From contig JAZRLK010000104.1 of NCBI GenBank assembly GCA_045646805.1, positions 1,704 through 65,703 of the forward strand: a stretch of 64,000 bases of DNA. The letters are read 5' to 3'. Positions within the stretch are counted from its first letter, which is position 1. Every line of letters begins with the position of its first letter. A program made the translations under genes and the position numbers. Below the pieces are notes generated by a model. It was not told the origin of the DNA. It made no database searches and saw only the letters and a list, made by a program, of their open reading frames with translations. Origin of the DNA: Faecousia sp. Lineage in GTDB: Bacteria > Bacillota > Clostridia > Oscillospirales > Oscillospiraceae. Of the stretch, positions 10,645 to 20,612 are shown one piece after another.

Positions 10645-11217
10645 ATGGAAACAAAAAATGTTATGATCGTTGGCGTGGGCGGACAGGGAAGTTTGCTGGC
10701 ATCGAAGCTTTTAGGGCGTCTTCTTTTAACAAGAGGATTTGATATTAAAGTATCTGAAGTTCACGGTATGAGCCAAAGAGGCGGCAGTGTTGTAACCTAT
10801 GTTCGTTTCGGTGATAAGGTGTATTCTCCTGTGATTGATAAGGGTCAGGCGGATTATATTGTTTCCTTTGAACTGCTGGAAGCTGCCCGTTGGACTGAAT
10901 ATTTAAAACCCAATGGAAAAATTATTGTTAATACCCAGCAAATCAATCCTATGCCTGTAATCATCGGTGCAGCAGAGTATCCTCAGAACCTTGTTGAAAA
11001 AATGTCCCAGGCAGGAATCGATGTAGACGCATTTGATGCTTTGAGCCTTGCCGAAAAAGCTGGTTCTCCTAAGGCTGTGAACATTGTTCTGATGGGTCAC
11101 CTTTCCCGTTATTTCGATTTTACAGAGGAAGAATGGATGGATGCAATTGAGCATAGCGTACCGCCTAAGTTTTTGGAGTTAAACAAAGCTGCATTTATTA
11201 TGGGTAGAAACGCATAA
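10645..11217 (+). CDS. iorB: Indolepyruvate:ferredoxin oxidoreductase beta subunit
   Basis: GVGGQG, SEVHGMSQRGGSV. Confidence 0.92.
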   Translation: METKNVMIVGVGGQGSLLASKLLGRLLLTRGFDIKVSEVHGMSQRGGSVVTYVRFGDKVYSPVIDKGQADYIVSFELLEAARWTEYLKPNGKIIVNTQQINPMPVIIGAAEYPQNLVEKMSQAGIDVDAFDALSLAEKAGSPKAVNIVLMGHLSRYFDFTEEEWMDAIEHSVPPKFLELNKAAFIMGRNA

Positions 11218-11242
11218 TCGCACAGACAGGAGAGCTTATATC

Positions 11243-12541
11243 ATGGCAAATTATTATCAACCTGAAATTGAAACGATGCCCTACGAACAACTTCGTGAGC
11301 TTCAAAATGAACGTTTTTTGAACCAAGTCAAGCATGTTTGGGACAATGTTCCTTATTATCGCAAGAAAATGGAAGAGAAGGGTATCACACCCGATGATAT
11401 TCGCAGTATTGACGATCTTCATAAATTGCCGTTCTTGACAAAGGATGACTTGCGTGATGCCTATCCTTATGGCCTTTTGGGTATGCCTCTTTCTGATTGC
11501 GTGAGAATTCATTCCACATCCGGCACAACCGGAAAACGCGTTGTAGCTTTCTACACCCAACATGATGTTGATCTTTGGGAGGATTGCTGTGCTCGTGCTA
11601 TCGTGGCCGCAGGCGGTACGAAAGACGATGTTTGTCAAGTTGCTTATGGATATGGATTGTTTACCGGCGGTTCCGGATTGCATGGCGGTTCCCATAAAGT
11701 TGGATGTCTGACGTTGCCGATGTCCTCCGGTAATACAGACCGTCAATTGCAGTTTATGACCGATCTTGGGGCTACCATTATATGCTGCACACCTTCTTAT
11801 GCGGCTTATCTTGCGGAGTCGATCCATGAAAAAGGACTTCAGGATCAAATTAAACTGAAGGCTGGTATTTTTGGCGCTGAAGCCTGGAGCGAAGATATGC
11901 GCCGGGATATTGAAGATAAGCTTGGCATTAAAGCTTATGATATTTACGGCTTGACGGAGACCTCCGGCCCCGGTGTTGCATTTGAATGTTCCGAGCAGAC
12001 GGGTATGCATATCAACGAAGATCACTTTATTGCAGAAATTGTTGATCCGGATACTTTTGAGGTTCTTCCGGAAGGAAGTAAGGGTGAGCTTGTGTTCACT
12101 GCTATTACCAAACAAGCATTCCCGCTTCTTCGCTATCGCACAAAAGACATTTGTATCTTGAATCGCACGAAATGCTCCTGCGGCAGAACACATATTAAGA
12201 TGTGCAAGCCTATGGGAAGAAGTGACGATATGCTGATCATTCGCGGCGTTAATGTTTTCCCGTCACAAATCGAAACAGTTTTGCTGCAGCAAGGTTATTC
12301 CGCCAACTATCAGATTATTGTCGATCGTGTAAACAATTCCGATACTTTTGAAGTTATGGTCGAGATGAATCCCGAGATGTTCTCGGATTCTTTGGCAAAG
12401 ATTACCCAAGCTGAAAAGGAAATTGTTTCTGCTTTGAAAGCGATGCTGGGTATCGCTGCTAAAGTTAAGCTTGTTGCACCCAAATCGATCACACGAAGCG
12501 AGGGTAAAGCCGTACGCGTAATTGATAAGCGTAAAATTTAA
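11243..12541 (+). CDS. paaK: Phenylacetate-CoA ligase
   Basis: HSTSGTTGK, YGYGLFTGG, YGLTE, GRSDDMLIIRGVNVFP. Confidence 0.92.
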   Translation: MANYYQPEIETMPYEQLRELQNERFLNQVKHVWDNVPYYRKKMEEKGITPDDIRSIDDLHKLPFLTKDDLRDAYPYGLLGMPLSDCVRIHSTSGTTGKRVVAFYTQHDVDLWEDCCARAIVAAGGTKDDVCQVAYGYGLFTGGSGLHGGSHKVGCLTLPMSSGNTDRQLQFMTDLGATIICCTPSYAAYLAESIHEKGLQDQIKLKAGIFGAEAWSEDMRRDIEDKLGIKAYDIYGLTETSGPGVAFECSEQTGMHINEDHFIAEIVDPDTFEVLPEGSKGELVFTAITKQAFPLLRYRTKDICILNRTKCSCGRTHIKMCKPMGRSDDMLIIRGVNVFPSQIETVLLQQGYSANYQIIVDRVNNSDTFEVMVEMNPEMFSDSLAKITQAEKEIVSALKAMLGIAAKVKLVAPKSITRSEGKAVRVIDKRKI

Positions 12542-12554
12542 GGAGGTAGAAAGT

Positions 12555-12986
12555 ATGAATATCCAACAGATTACTGTATTTTTGGAAAACCGTACAGGTC
12601 AGCTTTCGGAGATTACCCAATTGTTGGCTAATGAAAATGTTGACATTCGTGCGATTTCTATTGCAGAAACCTCTGACTACGGACTTGTGCGTATGATTGT
12701 TGATGACTCCCGAAAGGCAAGCTCTATTTTGTTGGAACACGGTGACATCCTTTCTATGACCCCTGTTTGGGCAGTAGAAGTACCCGACCGACCTGCGGGC
12801 TTATCTGAGCTTCTTTCCGTACTTGCCGAGAATAATATTGCAGTAGAATATATGTATTCTCTTTTTACCCATCGAAATGATTTTGCCTATATGGTTATGC
12901 GCGTCAATGATGATGCTAATTTCCTGAATGTCCTTGGGCAGAATAAGATCAAAATTATGAGTATGGATGCTTTAGATTTAAAATGA
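12555..12986 (+). CDS. Tandem ACT-domain protein
   Basis: QITVFLENRTGQL and VPDRPAGL ACT repeats; RBS AGGAGG; typical paaK/ior neighbour. Confidence 0.85.
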   Translation: MNIQQITVFLENRTGQLSEITQLLANENVDIRAISIAETSDYGLVRMIVDDSRKASSILLEHGDILSMTPVWAVEVPDRPAGLSELLSVLAENNIAVEYMYSLFTHRNDFAYMVMRVNDDANFLNVLGQNKIKIMSMDALDLK

Positions 12987-12997
12987 TAATATGATGA

Positions 12998-13036
12998 TCG
13001 GGACAGAGTGGGAAAACCACTCTGTCCCGGTTTTTG
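12998..13036 (+). terminator. Terminator of the ior/paaK operon
   Basis: cgggacagagtgg...ccactctgtcccg + T run. Confidence 0.85.
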
Positions 13037-13072
13037 TATATACGGTGATTGAATTTTGATGTTTTATTGTGA

Positions 13073-13180
13073 TACTTTACCAAACTAAAGTGGTAAACCG
13101 GGGATAAAACTGTTCAATGCTACAAAGTGTATAAAAATGGTAAAAAAGTACTTTACAACTTTAGTTTACTAAAGTATAAT
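13073..13180 (+). promoter_or_regulatory. Two HisR-type operators (13073-13092, 13157-13176) and sigma-A promoter TTTACA-17-TATAAT (13152-13180)
   Basis: tACTTTAccaaacTAAAGTg and aACTTTAgtttacTAAAGTa palindromes; the second fills the -35/-10 spacer. Confidence 0.75.
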
Positions 13181-13234
13181 GACTTCATCAAATAAAAGTC
13201 CTGCAGATACAGGCAATTGAAAGGATGGTAAATT

Positions 13235-14053
13235 ATGAAAAAATTATTTGCATTGGTTATGTCTTTGGTGATGGTGGCTGCTTGCTTTGCTGCATGCGGC
13301 AATAATGATTCTGGCGCAACCGAACCGGATAAGATTGAGAAGAAGACAATTGTTGTTGGCTGTACTCTTTATGAGCCTATGAACTACAAGGATGAAAAAG
13401 GCGAACTGGTTGGATTTGATACCGAGCTTGCAGAGGCTGTCTTTGCTAACCTTGGTTATGATGTAAATTTTCAGCTGATCGATTGGAGCGCAAGATACAC
13501 AGATTTGAACTCCGGCGCCATCGATTGCATTTGGAATGGATTTACAGCTAACTCTTCCGATGATGACGGTGTTGCTCGCTCCGAAAAGGTTGATTTCTCC
13601 TATAACTATATGGAGAACCGGCAAGTTGTAGTTGTGAAGAATGACAGCGGCATTAGCAGCGCAGAAGATCTCAGCGGTAAAATGGGCGGCGTTGAAAGTG
13701 CATCCGCAGGTGAAAGCTACGCTTCCGGTTTCGAAGGTGCTACCGTAAAGGGCTTTGATTATCAAACCACAGCTTTGTTGGAAGTTTTGGCAGGCAGCGT
13801 TGATTTTGCCGTTGTTGATGCACAGCTGGCTAAGAGCTACTGCGGTAAGGGCGATTACGAAAACCTGAGCATTGTTGAAGGTTTGTCCAGCGATGTAGAG
13901 TACTATGCGATTGGATTTGAAAAGGGTAGTGAGCTGACTGCGCTGGTCAATGAACAGCTTGAAGCCCTTGCTGCTGACGGTACAATTGCTGCATTGGCAG
14001 AAAAGTACGGTGTTGCAACAACTGCTATTACAGATTTTTCTGATCAGAAATAA
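13235..14053 (+). CDS. Polar amino-acid ABC transporter substrate-binding lipoprotein (probably histidine)
   Basis: Lipobox FAAC, GFDTELA and IDCIWNG SBP_bac_3 motifs. Confidence 0.85.
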   Translation: MKKLFALVMSLVMVAACFAACGNNDSGATEPDKIEKKTIVVGCTLYEPMNYKDEKGELVGFDTELAEAVFANLGYDVNFQLIDWSARYTDLNSGAIDCIWNGFTANSSDDDGVARSEKVDFSYNYMENRQVVVVKNDSGISSAEDLSGKMGGVESASAGESYASGFEGATVKGFDYQTTALLEVLAGSVDFAVVDAQLAKSYCGKGDYENLSIVEGLSSDVEYYAIGFEKGSELTALVNEQLEALAADGTIAALAEKYGVATTAITDFSDQK

Positions 14054-14077
14054 TTTATCTTTGTTGGGAGATAGAGC

Positions 14078-14773
14078 ATGTCGTTTTTTGAAGTAACAAC
14101 ATTTCTCTTTGACGGCTTTTTAATATCTCTGCTAATCTTTGCGGTGACGCTGCTCTGCGGCGCACCGCTTGGTTTGCCTATTGCGTTTTGTTCAATGAGC
14201 CGTTTTAAAGCTGTAAAAGGTATATCTAAAGTTGTAGTATGGATCGTCCGCGGTGTACCTCTGATGCTTCAGATCTTTATAATTTTTTATGTTCCGGGTT
14301 TGCTTTTTGACTTTCCTTTATTTAGTAAGCTGGATCGATATTTCTTTGCTACATATGGCTTGCAAGATGCGGGGCGTATTACATCTGTTTTGATTGCATT
14401 CACTCTAAATTATGCTTGCTATTTTTCTGAAATCTATCGTGGCGGTATTGAAAGCATCTCGAAAGGACAATATGAGGCCGGATATGTACTAGGATTATCT
14501 CGTTCGCAAATTTTCCGTAAAATTATTTTAAAGCAAGTTGTTCAAAGAATTGTACCGCCTATGTCTAATGAGATCATTACACTCATAAAAGATACGGCAT
14601 TAGCCAACTGTATAATGGTCAGCGAATTGATGAAGCAAGCGAAAGAATTGGCGGCAAACAAAGCTCTTGTATGGCCTCTTTTTTATACCGGTGTCTTTTA
14701 TTTACTGTTCGTAGGACTACTTACAATTGTTTTAGGACGATTCGAAAAAAAATTAAGTTATTTCAGGAGTTAA
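14078..14773 (+). CDS. Polar amino-acid ABC permease
   Basis: RGVPLMLQ, SEIYRGGIES, GQYEA (EAA loop). Confidence 0.9.
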   Translation: MSFFEVTTFLFDGFLISLLIFAVTLLCGAPLGLPIAFCSMSRFKAVKGISKVVVWIVRGVPLMLQIFIIFYVPGLLFDFPLFSKLDRYFFATYGLQDAGRITSVLIAFTLNYACYFSEIYRGGIESISKGQYEAGYVLGLSRSQIFRKIILKQVVQRIVPPMSNEIITLIKDTALANCIMVSELMKQAKELAANKALVWPLFYTGVFYLLFVGLLTIVLGRFEKKLSYFRS

Positions 14774-14776
14774 ACT

Positions 14777-15532
14777 ATGGCCCTACTAACAGTGAAGAAT
14801 TTAATTAAAAATTTTGGAAAAACCCGTGTTTTAAAGGGAATTGATATTTCTCTGGAAGAAGGACAAGTCCTCGCAATTATCGGGTCTTCCGGAAGCGGTA
14901 AAACTACGCTGCTGCGGTGTTTAAACTTTTTGGAGCAAGCTGATGAAGGCGTAATTACAGTTGGAGAACAGATTCTCTTTGACAGCAGCTGTAAAACCAC
15001 GCTCGATGATGAACATATTCGTCAAAACAGGCTGAATTTTGGATTGGTATTTCAAAATTTTAACCTGTTCCCGCAGTACAATGTTCTGGAAAATGTAACG
15101 CTTGCACCAACACTTTTAAAAAAAGGGACCTCGCAGCAAATTCAAGAAAATGCACTCTCTCTTCTGGATAAGGTTGGAATGTCTGATAAAATACAAAACT
15201 ATCCCCATCAGCTTTCTGGCGGACAGCAGCAGCGTGTTGCGATTGCAAGAGCTCTTGCGCTTCAGCCGCGCATTCTGTGCTTTGATGAGCCCACATCGGC
15301 TCTGGATCCTGAATTAACAGGAGAAGTTTTACGGGTTATCCGAGATCTGAAACAAGACGGAAGAACGATGATTGTCGTCACCCATGAAATGGCATTTGCA
15401 AAGTCCGTTGCAGATGTGGTAATATATATGGCAGACGGCGTAATTGAGGAGATGGGAACGCCAGAGGCGATCTTTGATAATCCTCAAAGCGAAAAAACCA
15501 AAGCTTTTTTATCAGGATCTTTGATAGAATAA
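14777..15532 (+). CDS. Polar amino-acid ABC ATPase
   Basis: GSSGSGKTT, LSGGQQQR, DEPTSALD. Confidence 0.92.
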   Translation: MALLTVKNLIKNFGKTRVLKGIDISLEEGQVLAIIGSSGSGKTTLLRCLNFLEQADEGVITVGEQILFDSSCKTTLDDEHIRQNRLNFGLVFQNFNLFPQYNVLENVTLAPTLLKKGTSQQIQENALSLLDKVGMSDKIQNYPHQLSGGQQQRVAIARALALQPRILCFDEPTSALDPELTGEVLRVIRDLKQDGRTMIVVTHEMAFAKSVADVVIYMADGVIEEMGTPEAIFDNPQSEKTKAFLSGSLIE

Positions 15533-15548
15533 TTCAGGAGGTACTACA

Positions 15549-15806
15549 GTGGACAACAAATCTCGGCTTTATGAATTACTGGCCCAAATTGATAACCCTC
15601 AGGATATTGAAAAACTATTGGATGATCTTTGCACCAGAAAAGAAGTCGAAAATATGGCGGAACGACTTTATGCAGCACAATTACTTCTTGACGGAAACAC
15701 CTATACGCAAGTGATGTCTCAGGTAAATATTTCCTCGGCCACATTAAGTCGTGTATCCCAATGCGTTCAGTACGGCGCCGGGTACTCCAGTCTTTTGAAA
15801 CAATGA
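15549..15806 (+). CDS. YerC/YecD TrpR-like repressor (HisR candidate)
   Basis: DLCT.KE...SSATLSRV...YG.GY pattern; GTG start with RBS AGGAGG. Confidence 0.85.
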   Translation: MDNKSRLYELLAQIDNPQDIEKLLDDLCTRKEVENMAERLYAAQLLLDGNTYTQVMSQVNISSATLSRVSQCVQYGAGYSSLLKQ

Positions 15807-15819
15807 AATTTTTCCATAG

Positions 15820-15851
15820 ATACCAGGACAAATTTGTCCTGGTATTTTTTT
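15820..15851 (+). terminator. Terminator after the ABC/YerC operon
   Basis: ataccaggacaa-at-ttgtcctggtat + T run. Confidence 0.8.
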
Positions 15852-15892
15852 GCATATGCTTCATATGATTTAGTAAAAGGGGAGGGGAGATA

Positions 15893-16318
15893 ATGAAAAA
15901 GAAAACAAAACAAACAACGAAATCTAACGATGTTTTACTTGCTGTATCATTGGGGGCATTATTTTCGATTCTTCTTACTATGATTGGAGCTGCAGTAATT
16001 GCCTCTATGATTAACCGCGGCATACTCGAAGCTGACCGCATATCTATTATAGCGATCGGCGTCTGGTGCATATCTTCATTTGCAGGAATATTTATAAATT
16101 CTAAAGTTACTAAAACAAAATCGATCTCAGTAGCTTTGATAACTGCAGGCATCTATACATTTATATTGTTTGTGCTGAAGATCATGATGTTTGATGCACC
16201 GTTTGCAGGAATAGGGAAGGGGATTACATCAATTTTAGTTGGCGTACTAGCCGGAACCTTTTTATTTTTTAAACAAAAAAGTGACAAAAGAATGAAATTT
16301 AAATACAGCCCAAAGTGA
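15893..16318 (+). CDS. 4-TM membrane protein (TIGR04086/YrzE-like)
   Basis: Four hydrophobic helices, basic termini; hairpin at 16330-16367 follows. Confidence 0.6.
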   Translation: MKKKTKQTTKSNDVLLAVSLGALFSILLTMIGAAVIASMINRGILEADRISIIAIGVWCISSFAGIFINSKVTKTKSISVALITAGIYTFILFVLKIMMFDAPFAGIGKGITSILVGVLAGTFLFFKQKSDKRMKFKYSPK

Positions 16319-16476
16319 ATTGTACATTTTAACCATACAGGTAAATGCTATTTACCTGTATGGTTAAAACTGAAATTTTTCTTGCATAAACAATATTTTG
16401 TGAAATTTATTTGTTTTGTCACTATATCTTGTTAGACCGAAAGATCTATGATCTGCCCATGTTACACGGTTGCTTG

Positions 16477-16518
16477 AGTTTACATAATTAAGTTAACATA
16501 ATAATAGTCATAATTTAC
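16477..16518 (-). other. dif-like Xer recombination site candidate
   Basis: Minus strand GTAAATTATGA-CTATTA-TTATGTTAACT (16518-16491) plus an adjacent TTATGTAAACT (16487-16477) identical to the B. subtilis dif right arm; xerD ~0.65 kb away. Confidence 0.55.
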
Positions 16519-16641
16519 AAAAATTATCAAAACTATGTTTTTTACTTGCTTTTAGGGGAAAATTAAAGTATATTAGTTTGGCAACTCAAATTGTAATATG
16601 TTCTAATATTTCCTCTTAAATGAATGATTGAAGGGGATTAT

Positions 16642-17115
16642 ATGAATCGTAGAGTTGCTGTTTCCAACAGCATTTTTTGTGTTGGGGCTTTTTGGATGGT
16701 AGGTATGCTGATTGGCATTGTTTTTGCTCGTTACAACAGTACTACAATCGCCCCAAACATTTTGGGCGATATTTTTATGCCGGCTTCTTTGGGCGGAACA
16801 ATTCTTTCTTCTGCAATTCCGGTTTGCGCTGTATTGTTTTTTAACAGAGTCAGATGTCGTCCTTTTATTTTTACAATCCTGGTTATAGACGGTTTTCTGT
16901 TTGGATTTTGCAACCTGTTCCTATCCGATCATTTGAAATGCACGGCGTTTTTCGTCCGAATATTTTATATGTTCAGTCAAAGCTGTCGTTCTACATTGTT
17001 GCTACTGCTTTGCCCTCTTCTTATATCCGATTTCTTCAAAAGAAATCAACGAACGGCTTTATTATTTATATCTGCTTCTGTTTTAATTTGTTTCTTTGAT
17101 TATTTTTTCTTATAA
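16642..17115 (+). CDS. Membrane protein, possibly divergent SpoIIM-like
   Basis: Multiple TM helices; lies directly before xerD, the usual clostridial spoIIM position; weak sequence support. Confidence 0.45.
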   Translation: MNRRVAVSNSIFCVGAFWMVGMLIGIVFARYNSTTIAPNILGDIFMPASLGGTILSSAIPVCAVLFFNRVRCRPFIFTILVIDGFLFGFCNLFLSDHLKCTAFFVRIFYMFSQSCRSTLLLLLCPLLISDFFKRNQRTALLFISASVLICFFDYFFL

Positions 17116-17156
17116 AATGATTCAGAGTATAATTCTATGGAAAGGATCGCAGTTTT

Positions 17157-18041
17157 ATGTTGGATTTAATTCACGCTTATGAAAACTATCTGAATAATGT
17201 TAAGAAAGCATCTGCAAATACAATTGCTTCCTATATGCGTGATATTCGCCAATTTGCTGATTGGCTTCAAATTGATTATAAATGCAGTTTTTTGGAATCT
17301 GATCGTAACATTATATGCGATTATCTTTCTTCCTTGCAGAGTACCGGGAAATCTACCGCTACTGTTTCAAGAGTTGCTGCCAGTTTAAAAAACTTCTATG
17401 CATACTTGCAGTCTTCCGGATTTGTAGAAAAGAATCCTGCAAATGATATACATATTGAGCGAGGCGCAAAAAAACTTCCTCAGATTTTATCCGGGCGTGA
17501 AATTGAAATGTTGCTGGCTCAGCCGGTATGTGTGGATGCCAAAGGATATCGCGATAAAGCCATGCTGGAGATTATGTACGCAACCGGCATTCGGGTTTCG
17601 GAATTAATAGATTTAAATCTCGATGATTTTATTCCTTCCCAGGGTGTCATTAAATGCAATAACTCAAAAAAATCCCGCTCCATACCGCTTTATCCTGCAG
17701 CGCTGAAGGCTTTGAAAGTCTACGTCCAGGATGTGCGTGCATCTATGCTGGCGGATCCATCAGAAGATGCCCTTTTTGTAAACGTCAACGGTAGCCGTAT
17801 GAGTCGTCAGGGATTTTGGAAGATTTTAAAGGCTTATCAGGAAAGTGCCCATATTGATAAGGAAATTACACCACATACATTGCGACACAGTTTTGCCGTT
17901 CATCTCTTGGAAAACGGTGCAGATTTAGGATCTTTGCAGGAACTCATGGGACATTGCGATATTTCATCCACTCAGATGTATACGCACATGATCAATCAAA
18001 AATTAAAATCTGTTTACGAAAAGTGTCACCCGAAAGCATAA
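17157..18041 (+). CDS. xerD: Tyrosine recombinase XerD
   Basis: YATGIRVSEL, SRQGFWK, HTLRHSFA, MGH.DISSTQMY. Confidence 0.85.
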   Translation: MLDLIHAYENYLNNVKKASANTIASYMRDIRQFADWLQIDYKCSFLESDRNIICDYLSSLQSTGKSTATVSRVAASLKNFYAYLQSSGFVEKNPANDIHIERGAKKLPQILSGREIEMLLAQPVCVDAKGYRDKAMLEIMYATGIRVSELIDLNLDDFIPSQGVIKCNNSKKSRSIPLYPAALKALKVYVQDVRASMLADPSEDALFVNVNGSRMSRQGFWKILKAYQESAHIDKEITPHTLRHSFAVHLLENGADLGSLQELMGHCDISSTQMYTHMINQKLKSVYEKCHPKA

Positions 18042-18076
18042 AAAGGTCTATCGTTTCAAAACGACAGACCTTTTTT
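18040..18076. terminator. Bidirectional terminator between xerD and pfkA
   Basis: aaaaaggtct...agacctttttt. Confidence 0.75.
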
Positions 18077-18107
18077 GTTGCATAAATTTGCTAACAGGGC
18101 AGGGGAG

Positions 18108-19079
18108 TTAGATGCCCGTCATAGCGGCGAGAATGTCAACTTCCATTTGCTGAATATGTTTTTCCATTTTCAAGCCTTCATCAATATCAACATCAGTGAA
18201 GGATCCAAGATGTGTACAAATAATGCGGTTTGTTTTACCTTGCAGCAGCATTTCAACGGCCAGGTAACCCATTTTTGTTGCATTTACGCGGTCACGGCCG
18301 GTTGGAACACCACCGCGCTGAATATGCCCCAAAACGGTAACACGGGGATCAAGATCAATAGATTCTTTGATTTTGTTGGCGATATCCGCTGCAGATCCGG
18401 CGCCTTCTGCCACAACGATCATATAGTGAGTAAATCCGTTAAAACGAGCTGCGCGGATTTTTTCTATTACATCTTTTTCAAAATCAATCGGTTCTTCCGG
18501 AACAAGAATAGCTGTGGCGCCGACAGCCAAACCGACATACATAGCAAGATATCCGGCGTTTCTGCCCATAACTTCAACAACGGAACACCGTTCGTGGGAT
18601 TGCATAGTATCACGAAGCTTATCAATACACTCAATAGCGGTATTCGCAGCTGTATCAAATCCAATGGAATAATTGGTGCAGCTGATATCATTGTCGATCG
18701 TTGCGGGAATGCATACTACATTGATGCCCCATTTAGAAAGGGCCCTTGCTCCGCGAAATGTACCGTCACCGCCGATTGCGACAATACTGTCCAAGCCAAG
18801 GAATTTGCAAGCAGAAACAGCCTTTTTCTGACCTTCCTCAGTCATAAATTCTTTGCTGCGGGCAGTATAGAGAATTGTGCCGCCTCGATTGATGGTATGG
18901 GAAACATTTTTCTCGTCAAGTTTTATGATATCACCGGAAATCAAACCATTATAGCCGCGTCGAATGCCATAGCATTCAATTCCGTGATACAGAGCGGTAC
19001 GAACAACCGCACGAACACAAGCATTCATTCCTGGCGCATCGCCGCCACTGGTCAGCACACCAATTCTCTTAATAGCCAT
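18108..19079 (-). CDS. pfkA: 6-phosphofructokinase
   Basis: TSGGDAPGMN, GGDGT, TIDND, MGR, LGHIQRGG; start at MAIKRIG. Confidence 0.95.
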   Translation of the reverse strand: MAIKRIGVLTSGGDAPGMNACVRAVVRTALYHGIECYGIRRGYNGLISGDIIKLDEKNVSHTINRGGTILYTARSKEFMTEEGQKKAVSACKFLGLDSIVAIGGDGTFRGARALSKWGINVVCIPATIDNDISCTNYSIGFDTAANTAIECIDKLRDTMQSHERCSVVEVMGRNAGYLAMYVGLAVGATAILVPEEPIDFEKDVIEKIRAARFNGFTHYMIVVAEGAGSAADIANKIKESIDLDPRVTVLGHIQRGGVPTGRDRVNATKMGYLAVEMLLQGKTNRIICTHLGSFTDVDIDEGLKMEKHIQQMEVDILAAMTGI

Positions 19080-19205
19080 AAAATTTCCTCCATTATTTTT
19101 ATATATCATATAACTTTTCTTATAAAAAGTAAAGCAAAACATCAAATTTTACTTGACTGTAAAGTTGGTTAATAGTATATGATAAGTAGCGAGGGAGGTG
19201 CTTAT

Positions 19206-20612
19206 ATGCAAATACAAACCATAGAAGAAAAAACAGGATTGGACAGAGCCACCATTCGTTATTATGAGAAAGAAGGATTAATTCATCCCCAAAGGCTTCA
19301 AAATGGTTACCGCGATTATTCCCAAAGAGAAGTAGATAACCTGATGAAGATCAAGCTGTTGCGTCAATTAGGCTTGTCACTTGAAGCAATACAACATCTA
19401 AGCGTAGGCAAAGAAGATCTTCATGCCGTCCTGGAAAGCCAGCTTGTTATTTTGAATGCGCAAAAAGAGCATATTGATACAGCTGAAGCGCTATGTAAAA
19501 TGATTATGCAAGATAACGCTACATATCAAACGATGCAGCCTCTTAAATACATCGATGCTTTGAATCGAAAACAGATTAAAGATAATAGAATCATAGATAT
19601 GCCTGTAACGGAATATGTATCTATCGAATCCCACCCGTTCAGACGGTTTATCGGAAGGTATTTAGATCAAATTGTATTACATTCAATCCTATTGTTGATT
19701 ATTGCTGTTATCGTGCGTGTTCGACCTTTTGGTGAAATACAGATTAGAATATTATCGGTTGCAGTACTATTTTTGGCAATGCCGATTAATGCATTGTTTC
19801 TGAGCTTGTTTGGAACGACGCCAGGAAAATTTGCATTTGGAATTCATCTAAAAACACCGGAGGGAAAGAAACCTTCTTTTGTTTGCGCGATGCGGCGGGA
19901 ATGGTCTGTATTTCGCTACGGATGCGGTTTTTATTTGCCGATTTTCTCCTTGATTCGATTATTTAAATCATACAAAATTCATACGACAGGCCAAGAGTTG
20001 GAGTGGGATTATGATACGGATGTAATCTATAGGGAGTGGGGAACAGGGAAATTAATATATAGTGTCATATTATTTTCTTTATGTATTTTCTCCGTCTTTT
20101 ATTCAACAATGGATGCTCAATTCCCCAAACATAGAAATGAAGATCTAACAATCGGACAATTTTCGGAAAATTTCAATGATTATGCAAAACAAAATAATAT
20201 GATGATTCGTCTGTCCGAGGAAGGGGAGTGGTATCCTACTAATAGTTCACCTACATTGGATTATGATGTTACAATAGAAGAGAACATTTGGGATACTAAC
20301 ATAGAAGAATCCTGGAATTTTGAAATGGATGAAAATCATAAAATTATTTGCATTCAAATGGTTACCAATTCAAGATTCTTTTTCAATGAAAAATTTGATT
20401 TAATTTTGTATACTGCAATTATGTCGCAACCAAACGCAAAAATCAAAACAGCAAGAGAGGCATTACATCAATTTTCTCAACCAATAATAATTTCTGACTT
20501 TGATCAATCACAATATGATTTTAATGGAGTAATTGTAAATATACAGCGACAACCATCAAATAATAGTGAAGTTGAACAGGATAAATTACTTGTCGAAATT
20601 ATTTTCCCATAG
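19206..20612 (+). CDS. MerR-family HTH fused to RDD membrane domain and C-terminal extracytoplasmic domain
   Basis: TIRYYEKEGLI.P.R..NGYRDY; RRFIGRYLD and GTTPGK RDD motifs. Confidence 0.8.
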   Translation: MQIQTIEEKTGLDRATIRYYEKEGLIHPQRLQNGYRDYSQREVDNLMKIKLLRQLGLSLEAIQHLSVGKEDLHAVLESQLVILNAQKEHIDTAEALCKMIMQDNATYQTMQPLKYIDALNRKQIKDNRIIDMPVTEYVSIESHPFRRFIGRYLDQIVLHSILLLIIAVIVRVRPFGEIQIRILSVAVLFLAMPINALFLSLFGTTPGKFAFGIHLKTPEGKKPSFVCAMRREWSVFRYGCGFYLPIFSLIRLFKSYKIHTTGQELEWDYDTDVIYREWGTGKLIYSVILFSLCIFSVFYSTMDAQFPKHRNEDLTIGQFSENFNDYAKQNNMMIRLSEEGEWYPTNSSPTLDYDVTIEENIWDTNIEESWNFEMDENHKIICIQMVTNSRFFFNEKFDLILYTAIMSQPNAKIKTAREALHQFSQPIIISDFDQSQYDFNGVIVNIQRQPSNNSEVEQDKLLVEIIFP

